Source: an uncultured Verrucomicrobiota bacterium (GTDB lineage: Bacteria > Verrucomicrobiota > Kiritimatiellia > CAIVKH01). From it: 64,000 nt of DNA. This document shows positions 8,725 to 17,943 of the stretch, in pieces. The position numbers were made by a program, and so were the translations under genes. The notes below the pieces were generated by a model. The model saw nothing but the letters and a program-made list of their open reading frames with translations, did not search any database and had not been told where the DNA came from. The stretch is from positions 72,170 to 136,169 of the forward strand of contig CALMUP010000003.1 in NCBI GenBank assembly GCA_937872895.1, given 5' to 3'. The stretch's first letter is position 1; each line of letters opens with the position of its first letter.

Positions 8725-10593
8725 TCAGGCAAGCGCCGGGGTGCGTTTCGCCAGCAATGCGGTGACCGCCATGAACAGCAGCTCGAACCCGATGCTGATC
8801 CACATGCCGCGGGCGAGGCCGGAGGTGAAGCCGTAGGAGTGCAGGCCGACGCCGAGCAGGTTCACCCCGAGCCAGGCGAAGATCACGATGATCACCCCGA
8901 ACACGCTGCCGTGGGCCATGCCGCGCGGACCGATCAGGTTGGCCAGCCGGGCGTGGAACAGGATCGAACACCACAGCACGATCAGCAGCGCGCCGTTCTC
9001 CTTCGGATCCCAGCCCCAGAAGCGGCCCCACGACTGGTCGGCCCACACACCGCCCAGCATCGTGCCGAGGAACGAGAAGATCAGCCCGAAGGCGAGCAAC
9101 CCGTAGATCGCCTTGGTCGTTGCGCGCAGCGACGGATGCTCCGACGGGCGGAAGATGTTCTGGATCAGGTACACGTGGCCGGCGATGCCCGCCGCCACGC
9201 AACCGGCGTAGCCGATGGTGATGGTGACGACGTGGGTGGCCAGCCAGAAGTTCGAGTCGAGCACCGCGACGACCACGCCGAGGGTATCGCCTTGCGAGGA
9301 GAAGCGTGCGGCCACCATCAACTGGATCAACCCGCCGATACCGGCGAGGATCGTGCCGAGGTTGTTGCGCTGGAACCATTCGATACACAAGCCGAGCACG
9401 ACGGTGACCCAGGCCACGAAGAGGAACGTCGCGTAGAGGTTGGTCATTGGCGGGCGGCCCATGATCATCATGCGCCAGATGATGCCGAGGGTGTGCGGGA
9501 GCAGCGCGACCAGCACCGATCCGACGGCGAGGTAGCGCAGGCCTTTCCAGTCGGTGAGAATGCCCACCATGCCGAGCAGGAAGGCGAGGCCGTAGAACAG
9601 CTTGGCCCGGTAGAAGGTGTCCCATTGGTTGTAGAGCAACTCGAGGTCGAGGTGGCGTACGCCCCGGCTATCGTGGGCGCGGCGCAGCACCGAGCGCTCG
9701 AAGGTGTGCGCGGCCAGATCGAACTCGAGCTGTTGGCCGGCGGCGTAGTGCCGCACCACATCCTGCAGGTGGGCAACTTCCTGGCGCACTTCCGGCGTGT
9801 TGATGCCGAGGGCGAGCACATCCCACGGGCTCACCCATTCCTCGGAACCGTGGCCGTGCAGCGGGATCATCGCGACGGGCAGGGCCCGGTGGTGCTGGCT
9901 CCACTGGAACAGCGCGGCGGACAGGCGGAGCGCTTCGCGCTGCACTTCGTCGAGTTCGCTCATCTTCAGCGCCTCGACCCCCTGCATCAGCTCGGCCAGG
10001 CGGAAACCGCGCAGGAAGATGTCGAGAAACGAATAACCCTGCTCGGCGGGAGGCAGGCCGAGCTTCTCGTTGATCACCGGGTTGGTGACCGCGAAGTCGC
10101 GGTGCGGCAGGGCGAACAGGAAGGCCTGGCTCAATTCGGCGTACTGGGTGATGTTGTGGTACACCCGCAGGATTTCCTTCTCGACCGGGGACCGCTCCTC
10201 ATCGGCGATCTCGAACGCCTTGGCGGCCATCTCGTGCAACTTGCCAATGCCGGTGTGCATCTCGGCGAAGCTGAACCACCGGCGCTCGCCGGGATCGATG
10301 CCGAGGGCCTCGGTCACTTCGGGATGGTTGATCATGAACACGCGCTGGGTTTCCACCGTTTCCGGGGCGAAGGCGAGGCGGGCGAACCACGACAGGGCGG
10401 ACTCGCCCGCGATGGTGGACTTGCCGGAGAATTGCAGCAGCTTGAGCCGCGCATAGGTGTCGAGCGGCATCACGCGGCCGCCCTCGAGCACCGGCAGGCC
10501 GGCCAGGCTATCCACCGAGACCGACTGGCCGCGCGCGACCCACGGGGCAAGGCAGCACAGCAACACCAGGAGGGATCGAAGCAGCGGCATCAT
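8725..10593 (-). CDS. ccsA: Cytochrome c-type biogenesis protein CcsA/ResC (system II heme-handling protein)
   Basis: Tryptophan-rich WWD motif WGRFWGWDPKENGALL. Multi-TM protein with long N-terminal periplasmic extension. Coupled to ccsB by a 4-nt overlap. Confidence 0.85.
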   Translation of the reverse strand: MMPLLRSLLVLLCCLAPWVARGQSVSVDSLAGLPVLEGGRVMPLDTYARLKLLQFSGKSTIAGESALSWFARLAFAPETVETQRVFMINHPEVTEALGIDPGERRWFSFAEMHTGIGKLHEMAAKAFEIADEERSPVEKEILRVYHNITQYAELSQAFLFALPHRDFAVTNPVINEKLGLPPAEQGYSFLDIFLRGFRLAELMQGVEALKMSELDEVQREALRLSAALFQWSQHHRALPVAMIPLHGHGSEEWVSPWDVLALGINTPEVRQEVAHLQDVVRHYAAGQQLEFDLAAHTFERSVLRRAHDSRGVRHLDLELLYNQWDTFYRAKLFYGLAFLLGMVGILTDWKGLRYLAVGSVLVALLPHTLGIIWRMMIMGRPPMTNLYATFLFVAWVTVVLGLCIEWFQRNNLGTILAGIGGLIQLMVAARFSSQGDTLGVVVAVLDSNFWLATHVVTITIGYAGCVAAGIAGHVYLIQNIFRPSEHPSLRATTKAIYGLLAFGLIFSFLGTMLGGVWADQSWGRFWGWDPKENGALLIVLWCSILFHARLANLIGPRGMAHGSVFGVIIVIFAWLGVNLLGVGLHSYGFTSGLARGMWISIGFELLFMAVTALLAKRTPALA

Positions 10594-11750
10594 GACACGG
10601 CCTCCGCGGCGCGCGCCTTGCTCTGGCGGCGCGCGTGTTTGATCAGCATGACCACGAAGTGCACGATCATGCCGATCACGACCATGGCGGTGGACACGTA
10701 GGGGAGCAGGCGGCCGTAGTTGTGGGTGACGGCGAAGGTCGAGGACTCCTTGCCGTCGGGGGTTTCGCGGTACGATTGCTGGTAGAGGGTGTAGCCGCGG
10801 TGGCGCAGCGGCTTGTTCATCGAGATGGTCAGTTCGCGGGTGATGCCGTCGGCGGTGACCTCGACGAGGCTCGAAAAGCTGCGGGCGATCTCGGTGCCGG
10901 GATGTTTCTGCTTCTTGAAGTCGATCAGCTTGATGGCCAGCGGAAGCGGGCTGCGGCGCTGGCGCAGGCCGATGGCGTACTCGGCATCGCCGACCGGGAT
11001 GATCAGCGGCGCGGTGTCATCGCCGAACAGCAGGACGCGCTTCGGCTCGTCGAGACCGGGGGCGTTGACCACGAACACGCCGGCGGGGATGTTGCGGGTC
11101 GGCTCCTTGTCGAGCGGGGCGGCCTCGATGCGGCTGATCTTGAGCGAGGACAGGTAGGGGGTCGATCCGTCCCGCGTCTGATAGGCACGCGCATTCGGGT
11201 GGTAGGTCTCCACATCAACGGTGATCGGGGTCGGGGCAAAGGCGAGTTGCTCGCCGGCCTCGAGGCCGCGGGTGTCGATGGCCAGCACGTCGCGCATCAC
11301 GCCGTCGCGGGTCCACACCGCGAGTTCCCATTCATAGTAGGCGCTGGACATGTTCGCGGTTTCGCCTTCCCAGAGCGACAGGAAGGTCTCCTCGCCGTAG
11401 TAGTGCGTGATCGCACCGCCGATCAGCATGACGAGCAGGCCGCTGTGGATCAGCACGATGCCCGGGCGCAGCGGCTGGAAGGCCAGGATGTTGATCATAT
11501 AGCCGAGCAGGTTGATCATCAGCAGGCCGAGCACGAATTTCGCGCCGGGGAACGGGATGACCCCGAACACCCAGACGAACCAGGAGGAAAAGAATTTCTC
11601 CTGCGCGGCGAACAGGCCGTTCTCGACCTGGTACAACGTGCCCCAGAAGGTCAGGATCATCAGCAGGACCAGGCAGACCACGGTGAGCGGGATGGAATAC
11701 ATCCAGCGCACGAGGCGCGACTGCCAGGCGCGGGCAAGGACTTCCGTCAT
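10590..11750 (-). CDS. ccsB: Cytochrome c biogenesis protein CcsB/ResB
   Basis: ResB-like topology: N-terminal TM helices, large periplasmic domain, C-terminal TM. Position immediately upstream of ccsA with overlapping stop/start. Confidence 0.8.
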   Translation of the reverse strand: MTEVLARAWQSRLVRWMYSIPLTVVCLVLLMILTFWGTLYQVENGLFAAQEKFFSSWFVWVFGVIPFPGAKFVLGLLMINLLGYMINILAFQPLRPGIVLIHSGLLVMLIGGAITHYYGEETFLSLWEGETANMSSAYYEWELAVWTRDGVMRDVLAIDTRGLEAGEQLAFAPTPITVDVETYHPNARAYQTRDGSTPYLSSLKISRIEAAPLDKEPTRNIPAGVFVVNAPGLDEPKRVLLFGDDTAPLIIPVGDAEYAIGLRQRRSPLPLAIKLIDFKKQKHPGTEIARSFSSLVEVTADGITRELTISMNKPLRHRGYTLYQQSYRETPDGKESSTFAVTHNYGRLLPYVSTAMVVIGMIVHFVVMLIKHARRQSKARAAEAVS

Positions 11751-12439
11751 GGCGCGGTAGCCTCCGGCTTGAGGGCGATCGAACGGGACAGGGAGGCGAA
11801 GGCGGCCTTCTGGCGGCGCAGGACCTCGGCATCGCCCATCAGCTTGAGGAAGATCGACTGGTCACCGGCCGGAATGATCGCGGCGAGCACCGACTGCGCG
11901 GCTCCGGGGGGCAGCAGCGCACCCAGGTCGAAGAAGCGCACCTCGAGGCCGCTCCCGGTGGTCAGGCGCTCCGGTTGCGCAACAAAAGCGGACAAGGTGG
12001 CGGCGTCCGCCCCGTGGCCGACCTGGCCGAGCCAGCGGCGGATGTTCGCCTCGTCGCCCCCGACATCGCCGGGAAAGGACATCAGCGTGCACTCCTGTCC
12101 TTCGACACGCCAGGCGGCGATGCGCATGCCGGAACCGGGTTGCTCCTCCCAGCCCGCCGGAGTGGTCCAGGCGAGGGGCAGCGAGGGGGTCTGCATCTCC
12201 GGCGGAAGGGCGGGCATGCCACCGCTCATCGGGGCGGATGCACCCGCAGGCATGGCCGGGTTCGCGGCGGGAGTTGAAGGCATGGCGGCCGGAATCGCAG
12301 CGGCCGCGGAAGGCGAAACGGCGTGGTCGGCGACCAGGGCCACCTCGCGGTAGGCGCGGACCGAGCGGTCCGGCTTGTTCTCGCAGGCGGTCAGCGCGGC
12401 CACCAACAGGGGTATGGCGATCAGGGTACAACGGTTCAT
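11747..12439 (-). CDS. Hypothetical lipoprotein, first gene of the ccsBA operon
   Basis: Lipobox LVAALTAC after signal peptide MNRCTLIAIPL. Stop overlaps the ccsB start. Ala/Pro-rich linker. No CxxC motif, so not a ResA-type thioredoxin. Confidence 0.5.
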   Translation of the reverse strand: MNRCTLIAIPLLVAALTACENKPDRSVRAYREVALVADHAVSPSAAAAIPAAMPSTPAANPAMPAGASAPMSGGMPALPPEMQTPSLPLAWTTPAGWEEQPGSGMRIAAWRVEGQECTLMSFPGDVGGDEANIRRWLGQVGHGADAATLSAFVAQPERLTTGSGLEVRFFDLGALLPPGAAQSVLAAIIPAGDQSIFLKLMGDAEVLRRQKAAFASLSRSIALKPEATAP

Positions 12440-12492
12440 GGGTGGGCAAACGTAACGCAACGGGGGGTCAAGTCAAGCGAACCCGACACGGT

Positions 12493-13887
12493 TCAGGTGC
12501 GTGCGTTTTCTTCGATGTAGGCGCGGATGGCCGCGAGGTCGTTGGGCAGGGTCACGCAGCGGGTCGGCGCGTCCTTCAGTGCGTCGAGGATGGGATGCCG
12601 CGCGACGTCCTCGCCGAGGGCCTCGGCGATGGCCTGCGGGAACTTGGCCGGGTGGGCGGTGGCGAGGCAGATCATCGGCTCGTTCGCATCGAGGTGCTGC
12701 TCGGCGACATGCACGCCGACCGCGGTATGCGGATCGAGCAGATAGCCGTGCTCGCGGTAGTAGCGGCGGATCACCGCCATGGTCGCCTCGGTGTGCCCTA
12801 CCCCGGCGGCGAACAAAGGATCCACCGGCTTCCCCGCCTCGTGCGGCACGGTCAGCGAACCGGTGGCGGAAAACCCGGCCATCAACCCGCGCAAGGCGGC
12901 GGCATCGCGCTGGACGCGTTCGAACAGGTAGCGCTCGAAGTTGCTCGCGACCTGGATGTCCATCGACGGGCTGATCGTCGGGACGACGCTGCCCTTGCTG
13001 TATTCGCCGCGGGTGAAGAACCGGGCGAGGATGTCGTTCTCGTTGGTGGCGAGTACCAGCCGCGACACCGGCAGGCCCATGCGCTGGGCGTAATACCCGG
13101 CGAGCACATCCCCGAAATTTCCGGTCGGCACGGCGAACCGCACACGGTCCGCACCGGTCCGCTTCATCACCGCGAACGCCGCGTAAAAATAGTAGACGAT
13201 CTGGGCCAGCACGCGCGCCCAGTTCACCGAGTTGATCGCGCCGAGCGCATACTGCTCTTTAAATGGCACGTCCTCGAACAGCGTTTTCATGATCCGCTGT
13301 CCGTCGTCGAAGGTGCCCTCCAGCGCGATGTTGAAGACGTTGGCGTCGAGCACCGAGGTCATCTGGCGCTCCTGCAGCGGCGAGACGCGGCCCTTCGGAT
13401 GCATGATGAAGATGTTCATGCGGTCGCGCCCGGCCACGCCGTGGATCGCCGCGCTGCCGGTGTCGCCGCTGGTCGCCCCGACAATGTTCAACCGCCCGTT
13501 CTCGCGACCGAGCTGGTACTCGAAGAAGTTGCTGAGGAATTGCAGCGCGATGTCCTTGAAGGCGAGGGTCGGACCGTGGAAGAGCTCGAGCACGTGGACC
13601 GGTCCGGCGGCGATGGTCGGGGCTACTTCAGGATGGCGGAAGGTCGCGTAGCTGCGGTTGACCAGCGCACGGAGATCCGCCTCGGGCAGATCGGAGAACA
13701 ACCGCATCACCTCGAACGCCAGATCGGCATAGGCCAGCGACGACCAGCGGGCAAGCCGGTCGCGCACATCGGGAAAACAATCGGGCACGAGCAGGCCGCC
13801 GTCCGGCGCGAGCCCGGTCATCACCGCACGGGCAAACCCCATCGCCGGCGTTTTCCCGCGCGTGCTGGTATAGGACATCGAGGTCAT
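12493..13887 (-). CDS. thrC: Threonine synthase
   Basis: MSYTSTRGKT N-terminus typical of ThrC. PLP-dependent fold with FKD lysine motif (TLAFKDIAL) and long-form C-terminal domain. Track ORF extends to 14022 but internal Met chosen. Confidence 0.85.
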   Translation of the reverse strand: MTSMSYTSTRGKTPAMGFARAVMTGLAPDGGLLVPDCFPDVRDRLARWSSLAYADLAFEVMRLFSDLPEADLRALVNRSYATFRHPEVAPTIAAGPVHVLELFHGPTLAFKDIALQFLSNFFEYQLGRENGRLNIVGATSGDTGSAAIHGVAGRDRMNIFIMHPKGRVSPLQERQMTSVLDANVFNIALEGTFDDGQRIMKTLFEDVPFKEQYALGAINSVNWARVLAQIVYYFYAAFAVMKRTGADRVRFAVPTGNFGDVLAGYYAQRMGLPVSRLVLATNENDILARFFTRGEYSKGSVVPTISPSMDIQVASNFERYLFERVQRDAAALRGLMAGFSATGSLTVPHEAGKPVDPLFAAGVGHTEATMAVIRRYYREHGYLLDPHTAVGVHVAEQHLDANEPMICLATAHPAKFPQAIAEALGEDVARHPILDALKDAPTRCVTLPNDLAAIRAYIEENART

Positions 13888-13992
13888 AGGGCGGGCAGCA
13901 TAGCGGGTGGGGAGCGGCACTTGAAAGAGTAAAATCCGGGATGGCTTGACGTTGATGGGCGACATCGCCGATACTTTCATCAAGAGGTTGGT

Positions 13993-15186
13993 ATGACGTC
14001 CCTTTTTCGCCGCGCCGCACACTTCGGGTTGCTCGCGCTATTGTCGCTTCATCCCATGGAACGGGTGTGCGGACAAGACATGGTGATCCTCTCATTCCAA
14101 TCGTCGGGTCGCCTCGATTTTACGGAAACAACCAACGCTATTGCTTACCGGATTGACTGGCGCACCAATTTGAACAGTGGGCTTTGGATGACGTCCTCTC
14201 CTCCGGGCGTGGCGGGTTTGATCGCGACCGGTTCAGGAACTCGCAGCACGACTGTCGGGGTATCCAACGGTTCCGCATACTTCCGGATCGTCGCATCGTT
14301 CCCTACCGGTACCAGCTTGCCTCCCGATATGATTAGCATTTCCGGCGGAACATTCATCATGGGACACGCAACCAACCTGCCGATCGGGGAAGCTTCTTCC
14401 GACGAGTTGCCGGTACGCGAACTATCCATTCGCGGAATCATGGTGGACCGTCACGAAGTGACCAAGGCTCGTTGGGATTCCGTTGCCGGTCAGGCGGGTC
14501 TGCTAGGATATGATATCACCTCGACCGACGCCTTTGGCAAGTCCGCCGATCATCCGGCCTGCCTGGTCACTTGGTACGAAGCGGTTAAGTGGTGCAATGC
14601 CCGCAGCGAACTGGAGGGGCTTGCGCCATGCTATCTATCAACCGGAATCATCTACCGGGTCGGCATCGATCCGACAGTGACGTGCAACTGGTCGGCCAAC
14701 GGCTACCGGTTGCCAACGGAAGCCGAGTGGGAGCGCGCGGCGCGAGGGGGACATACCGGTCAACGGTTTCCCTGGTCCGACAGCGCAACCATTGACCATG
14801 GTCGAGCCAACTATTTTAGCTATTGGCTGAATGGTGCCGTGCAACACGCCTACGATATGGCATCAACCAGCGGCTTTCATCCGGCATTCGCATCCGGCGG
14901 GTACCCGTTTACCAGCCCGGTCGGCTCGTTTGCCGCGAACGATTTTGGCCTGTTCGATGTGGCTGGAAACGTATGGGAGTGGTGTTGGGATTGGTATAGC
15001 CCATCGTATGCTGATGTAGCCGCCACCAACGATCCAACCGGACCGGCATTCGGATCCTTGCGCGTGCTCCGGGGAGGAAGTTGGGGTATCTACGCCAATT
15101 ACGCGAGAGTGTCCGAGCGGGATTCCGACCATCCCGGCAACCAGGGATTCTATGACGCAGGATTTCGCTGTGTGCGCAACCTGTGA
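13993..15186 (+). CDS. Formylglycine-generating enzyme family (SUMF1/EgtB/PvdO-type) secreted protein
   Basis: FGE-sulfatase domain hallmarks: GNVWEWCWDWY, RVLRGGSW, ACLVTWYEAVKWCN, GYRLPTEAEWERAARGG. N-terminal signal peptide and approx 110-aa extra domain. Confidence 0.8.
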   Translation: MTSLFRRAAHFGLLALLSLHPMERVCGQDMVILSFQSSGRLDFTETTNAIAYRIDWRTNLNSGLWMTSSPPGVAGLIATGSGTRSTTVGVSNGSAYFRIVASFPTGTSLPPDMISISGGTFIMGHATNLPIGEASSDELPVRELSIRGIMVDRHEVTKARWDSVAGQAGLLGYDITSTDAFGKSADHPACLVTWYEAVKWCNARSELEGLAPCYLSTGIIYRVGIDPTVTCNWSANGYRLPTEAEWERAARGGHTGQRFPWSDSATIDHGRANYFSYWLNGAVQHAYDMASTSGFHPAFASGGYPFTSPVGSFAANDFGLFDVAGNVWEWCWDWYSPSYADVAATNDPTGPAFGSLRVLRGGSWGIYANYARVSERDSDHPGNQGFYDAGFRCVRNL

Positions 15187-15732
15187 TCAATCCTTCCCGC
15201 GGCGAAGCCATTTCGCGGCCATACGAAGCATCGAGGGTTCGCGGGTGTAGTCGGTCAGGCGATCGACCGGCACCCAGGCGAGGTCGTGGGATTCGGGGCT
15301 GACCACGAACGGGCGGGCGTCGTCCACGCGGACCGCGAACCGCATGTCCACATGGTCGTGGGCCGGCTCGGCACCACGGACGGGAATGACGTGGATATCG
15401 ACATCAAACAACCGATCCTCGACCGGTTCGGCGGGCAATCCGGTTTCCTCCTCCGCCTCGCGCAACGCGACCCGCAGCACATCGGGATCGCCGTCGGCAT
15501 GGCCACCGGGTTGCAGCCAGCGGTTGAGTTTGGCGTGATGGGTCAGCAGCACACGCGTGCCGTCGCGACTGACCACCCAGGCCGACCCGGTGATGTGGCC
15601 GATGGCCAGCGAGCGATCGAAGCACCTGTCGTTTGCGGCGACAAAAGCAAGGGCACGGTCAACCATGTCGCGTTCTTCGGGGTACCGTGCGCGGTACTCC
15701 CGCAGTAGGGCGAGCAGGGGTTCGCGTTTCAT
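15187..15732 (-). CDS. NUDIX hydrolase
   Basis: Nudix box GGHADGDPDVLRVALREAEEETGL (GX5EX7REUXEEXGU pattern). Confidence 0.8.
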   Translation of the reverse strand: MKREPLLALLREYRARYPEERDMVDRALAFVAANDRCFDRSLAIGHITGSAWVVSRDGTRVLLTHHAKLNRWLQPGGHADGDPDVLRVALREAEEETGLPAEPVEDRLFDVDIHVIPVRGAEPAHDHVDMRFAVRVDDARPFVVSPESHDLAWVPVDRLTDYTREPSMLRMAAKWLRRGKD

Positions 15733-16250
15733 GGCTTGGGCCGGAAGGCGGGTGTGCGCCCGGCCTGGTAGGTCACGTGTTCGCCGCTGACCAACTGGAT
15801 GGCGTACGGCAAGGCTCCGGCGATGACCTCAAGGCATTCGCGGATCGCGGTCGGTTTTCCGGGCAGGTTGACGATGAGACATCGGCCGCGCGTGCCGGCC
15901 ACCTGCCGGGAGAGGATGGCGGTCGGGACGATTTTCCGCGACTCGGCGCGCATCGACTCGCCAAAGCCCGGCAGCAACCGATCGCACACCTTCATCGTCG
16001 CCTCCGGCGTCACGTCGCGCGGCGCCGGGCCGGTGCCCCCGGTCGTCAGCACCAGGCAGCACCCCTGGACATCCGCCATGTCGATCAGGGTCGCCGCGAT
16101 CTTTTCCTCGTCGTCCGGCACCACGGCATACACCAGCCCCCAGGCCTCCGCCACCGCCTCGCGCAGCCACGCCACCGCCTCCTTGCCCGGCGTGTCCTCG
16201 TACACCCCGGCGGCCGCGCGGTCCGAAATATTCACGACCCCGAATTTCAT
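15729..16250 (-). CDS. mogA: Molybdopterin adenylyltransferase / molybdenum cofactor biosynthesis protein MogA/MoaB
   Basis: MKFGVVNISDRAAAG...CCLVLTTGGTGPAPRDVTPEA MoaB/MogA fold motifs. GGAGG RBS upstream of ATG at 16250. 4-nt overlap with the NUDIX gene. Track ORF extension to 16637 is rejected. Confidence 0.8.
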   Translation of the reverse strand: MKFGVVNISDRAAAGVYEDTPGKEAVAWLREAVAEAWGLVYAVVPDDEEKIAATLIDMADVQGCCLVLTTGGTGPAPRDVTPEATMKVCDRLLPGFGESMRAESRKIVPTAILSRQVAGTRGRCLIVNLPGKPTAIRECLEVIAGALPYAIQLVSGEHVTYQAGRTPAFRPKP

Positions 16251-16356
16251 GCCTCCTGCATACCGGTTCGGCCGGGGAAAGGCAAGGCGGGGCGGTGCAT
16301 CGACGCGGCGGAAGGAACCGTTGGCCAAGGTCGTGTTCGTGGGGTAGAGTGGCACC

Positions 16357-17943
16357 ATGAGCAACCACAACGACAAGAAGCCGGACGAACCCGAGGATTT
16401 TGGCAAGCAGCTGCAGGACATGCTGCGCACGGCGAAGATCCAGTTCATGCCGTTCGGCGGCATGGGCGCGACGTCCCAGCCGGACGGTGGCGAAGCGGTC
16501 CCGGACGAGGATGCCGAGGCCGCCGCGGCCCTCGAGCGGATCCGTTCGTTCCAGCTCAAGCCGCGCGAGGTGCGCGACCACCTCGACCGCTTTGTCATCC
16601 GGCAGGACGAGGCGAAGAAGGTCCTTTCGGTGGCCATCTGCGACCACTACAACCACGTGCGCCGCTGCCTCGAGGATCCGCGCGCCGCCCAGGAGGAGTA
16701 CGCCAAGCAGAACGTGGTCCTGCTCGGCCCGACCGGTGTCGGAAAGACCTACCTGATGCGCTGCATCGCCAAGCTGATCGGCGTGCCGTTCGTGAAGGCC
16801 GACGCCACCAAGTTCTCCGAGACCGGCTATGTGGGCGCCGACGTAGAGGACATCGTGCGCGACCTCGTTCGCGCCGCGAACAACGACCCCGACCTCGCCC
16901 AGTATGGCATCGTCTACATCGACGAGATCGACAAGATCGCCACCCGCGGCGGCACCCAGGGCGGCCGCGACGTGTCGGGGCGCGGCGTGCAGACCAACCT
17001 GCTGAAGCTGATGGAGGAGACCGACGTGAACCTCCAGAGCCAGACCGACCTGGTCGGGCAGATGCAGTCGATCATGGACCTGCAGCGCGGCGGCAAACCC
17101 CGCAAGCGCACGGTCAACACCCGCCACATCCTGTTCATCGTCAGCGGCGCATTCGACGGCATCCACGACCTGATCCGCAAGCGGGTCGCCTCGGGTTCGA
17201 TCGGCTTCGGCTCGTCATCCGCCGTCGCTCGCACCGACGACGACCTGCTGCACCGGGTCGGCACCACCGACTTCATCGCCTACGGCTTCGAGCCGGAATT
17301 CATCGGCCGCCTGCCGGTGCGGGTGGTGTGCGAGAACCTCAACGCCGACGACCTCGAGAAGATCCTGCTCCAGTCCGAGGGCAGCATCCTGCGCCAGTAC
17401 ATCCACGACTTCCGCGGGTACGGCATCGACCTCGCCATCGCGCCGGAAGCGCTGCGGCGCATCGCGGAACGCGCCGCGCTCGAGAAGACCGGGGCGCGCG
17501 GCCTGATGACCGTGCTGGAAACGGTGTTCCGCCTGTTCAAGTTCGAGTTGCCCTCCACCACCATCCGCGAACTCACCATCGACGCCACCGCGCTCGACCG
17601 GCCGGACCAGCTCCTCGAGCGCCTGCTCAAGGCGAACGAGACCGCGCAACGCGCCCACCTGCGCGGCGAGGTGGCGCAGTACGCCGCGCGGTTCGAGGCC
17701 GCCTCGGGCCTCGGCCTCGATTTCACCGAGGAGGCGATCGATGCCCTGGTCGCGGAAAGCCTCGCCGGCGGCAAGACGGTGCGCGGCCTCTGCGAGGACA
17801 AGTTCCGCGACTACGAGTTTGGCCTGAAGCTGATCCACAAGAACACCGGCCAGCAACGCTTCACGATCAACCGCACCACCGTCGAGCACGCCGTCGAGGA
17901 AATCTCCCGCTGGGTGCGCGAGAGTTATGCGCATGGTGTGTAG
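16357..17943 (+). CDS. ClpX-like AAA+ ATPase lacking the N-terminal zinc-binding domain
   Basis: Walker A LLGPTGVGKTYL. ClpX-type sensor and arginine-finger region EPEFIGRLPV. No C4 zinc finger. Acidic low-complexity N-terminus and an extended C-terminus (528 aa). Confidence 0.8.
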   Translation: MSNHNDKKPDEPEDFGKQLQDMLRTAKIQFMPFGGMGATSQPDGGEAVPDEDAEAAAALERIRSFQLKPREVRDHLDRFVIRQDEAKKVLSVAICDHYNHVRRCLEDPRAAQEEYAKQNVVLLGPTGVGKTYLMRCIAKLIGVPFVKADATKFSETGYVGADVEDIVRDLVRAANNDPDLAQYGIVYIDEIDKIATRGGTQGGRDVSGRGVQTNLLKLMEETDVNLQSQTDLVGQMQSIMDLQRGGKPRKRTVNTRHILFIVSGAFDGIHDLIRKRVASGSIGFGSSSAVARTDDDLLHRVGTTDFIAYGFEPEFIGRLPVRVVCENLNADDLEKILLQSEGSILRQYIHDFRGYGIDLAIAPEALRRIAERAALEKTGARGLMTVLETVFRLFKFELPSTTIRELTIDATALDRPDQLLERLLKANETAQRAHLRGEVAQYAARFEAASGLGLDFTEEAIDALVAESLAGGKTVRGLCEDKFRDYEFGLKLIHKNTGQQRFTINRTTVEHAVEEISRWVRESYAHGV

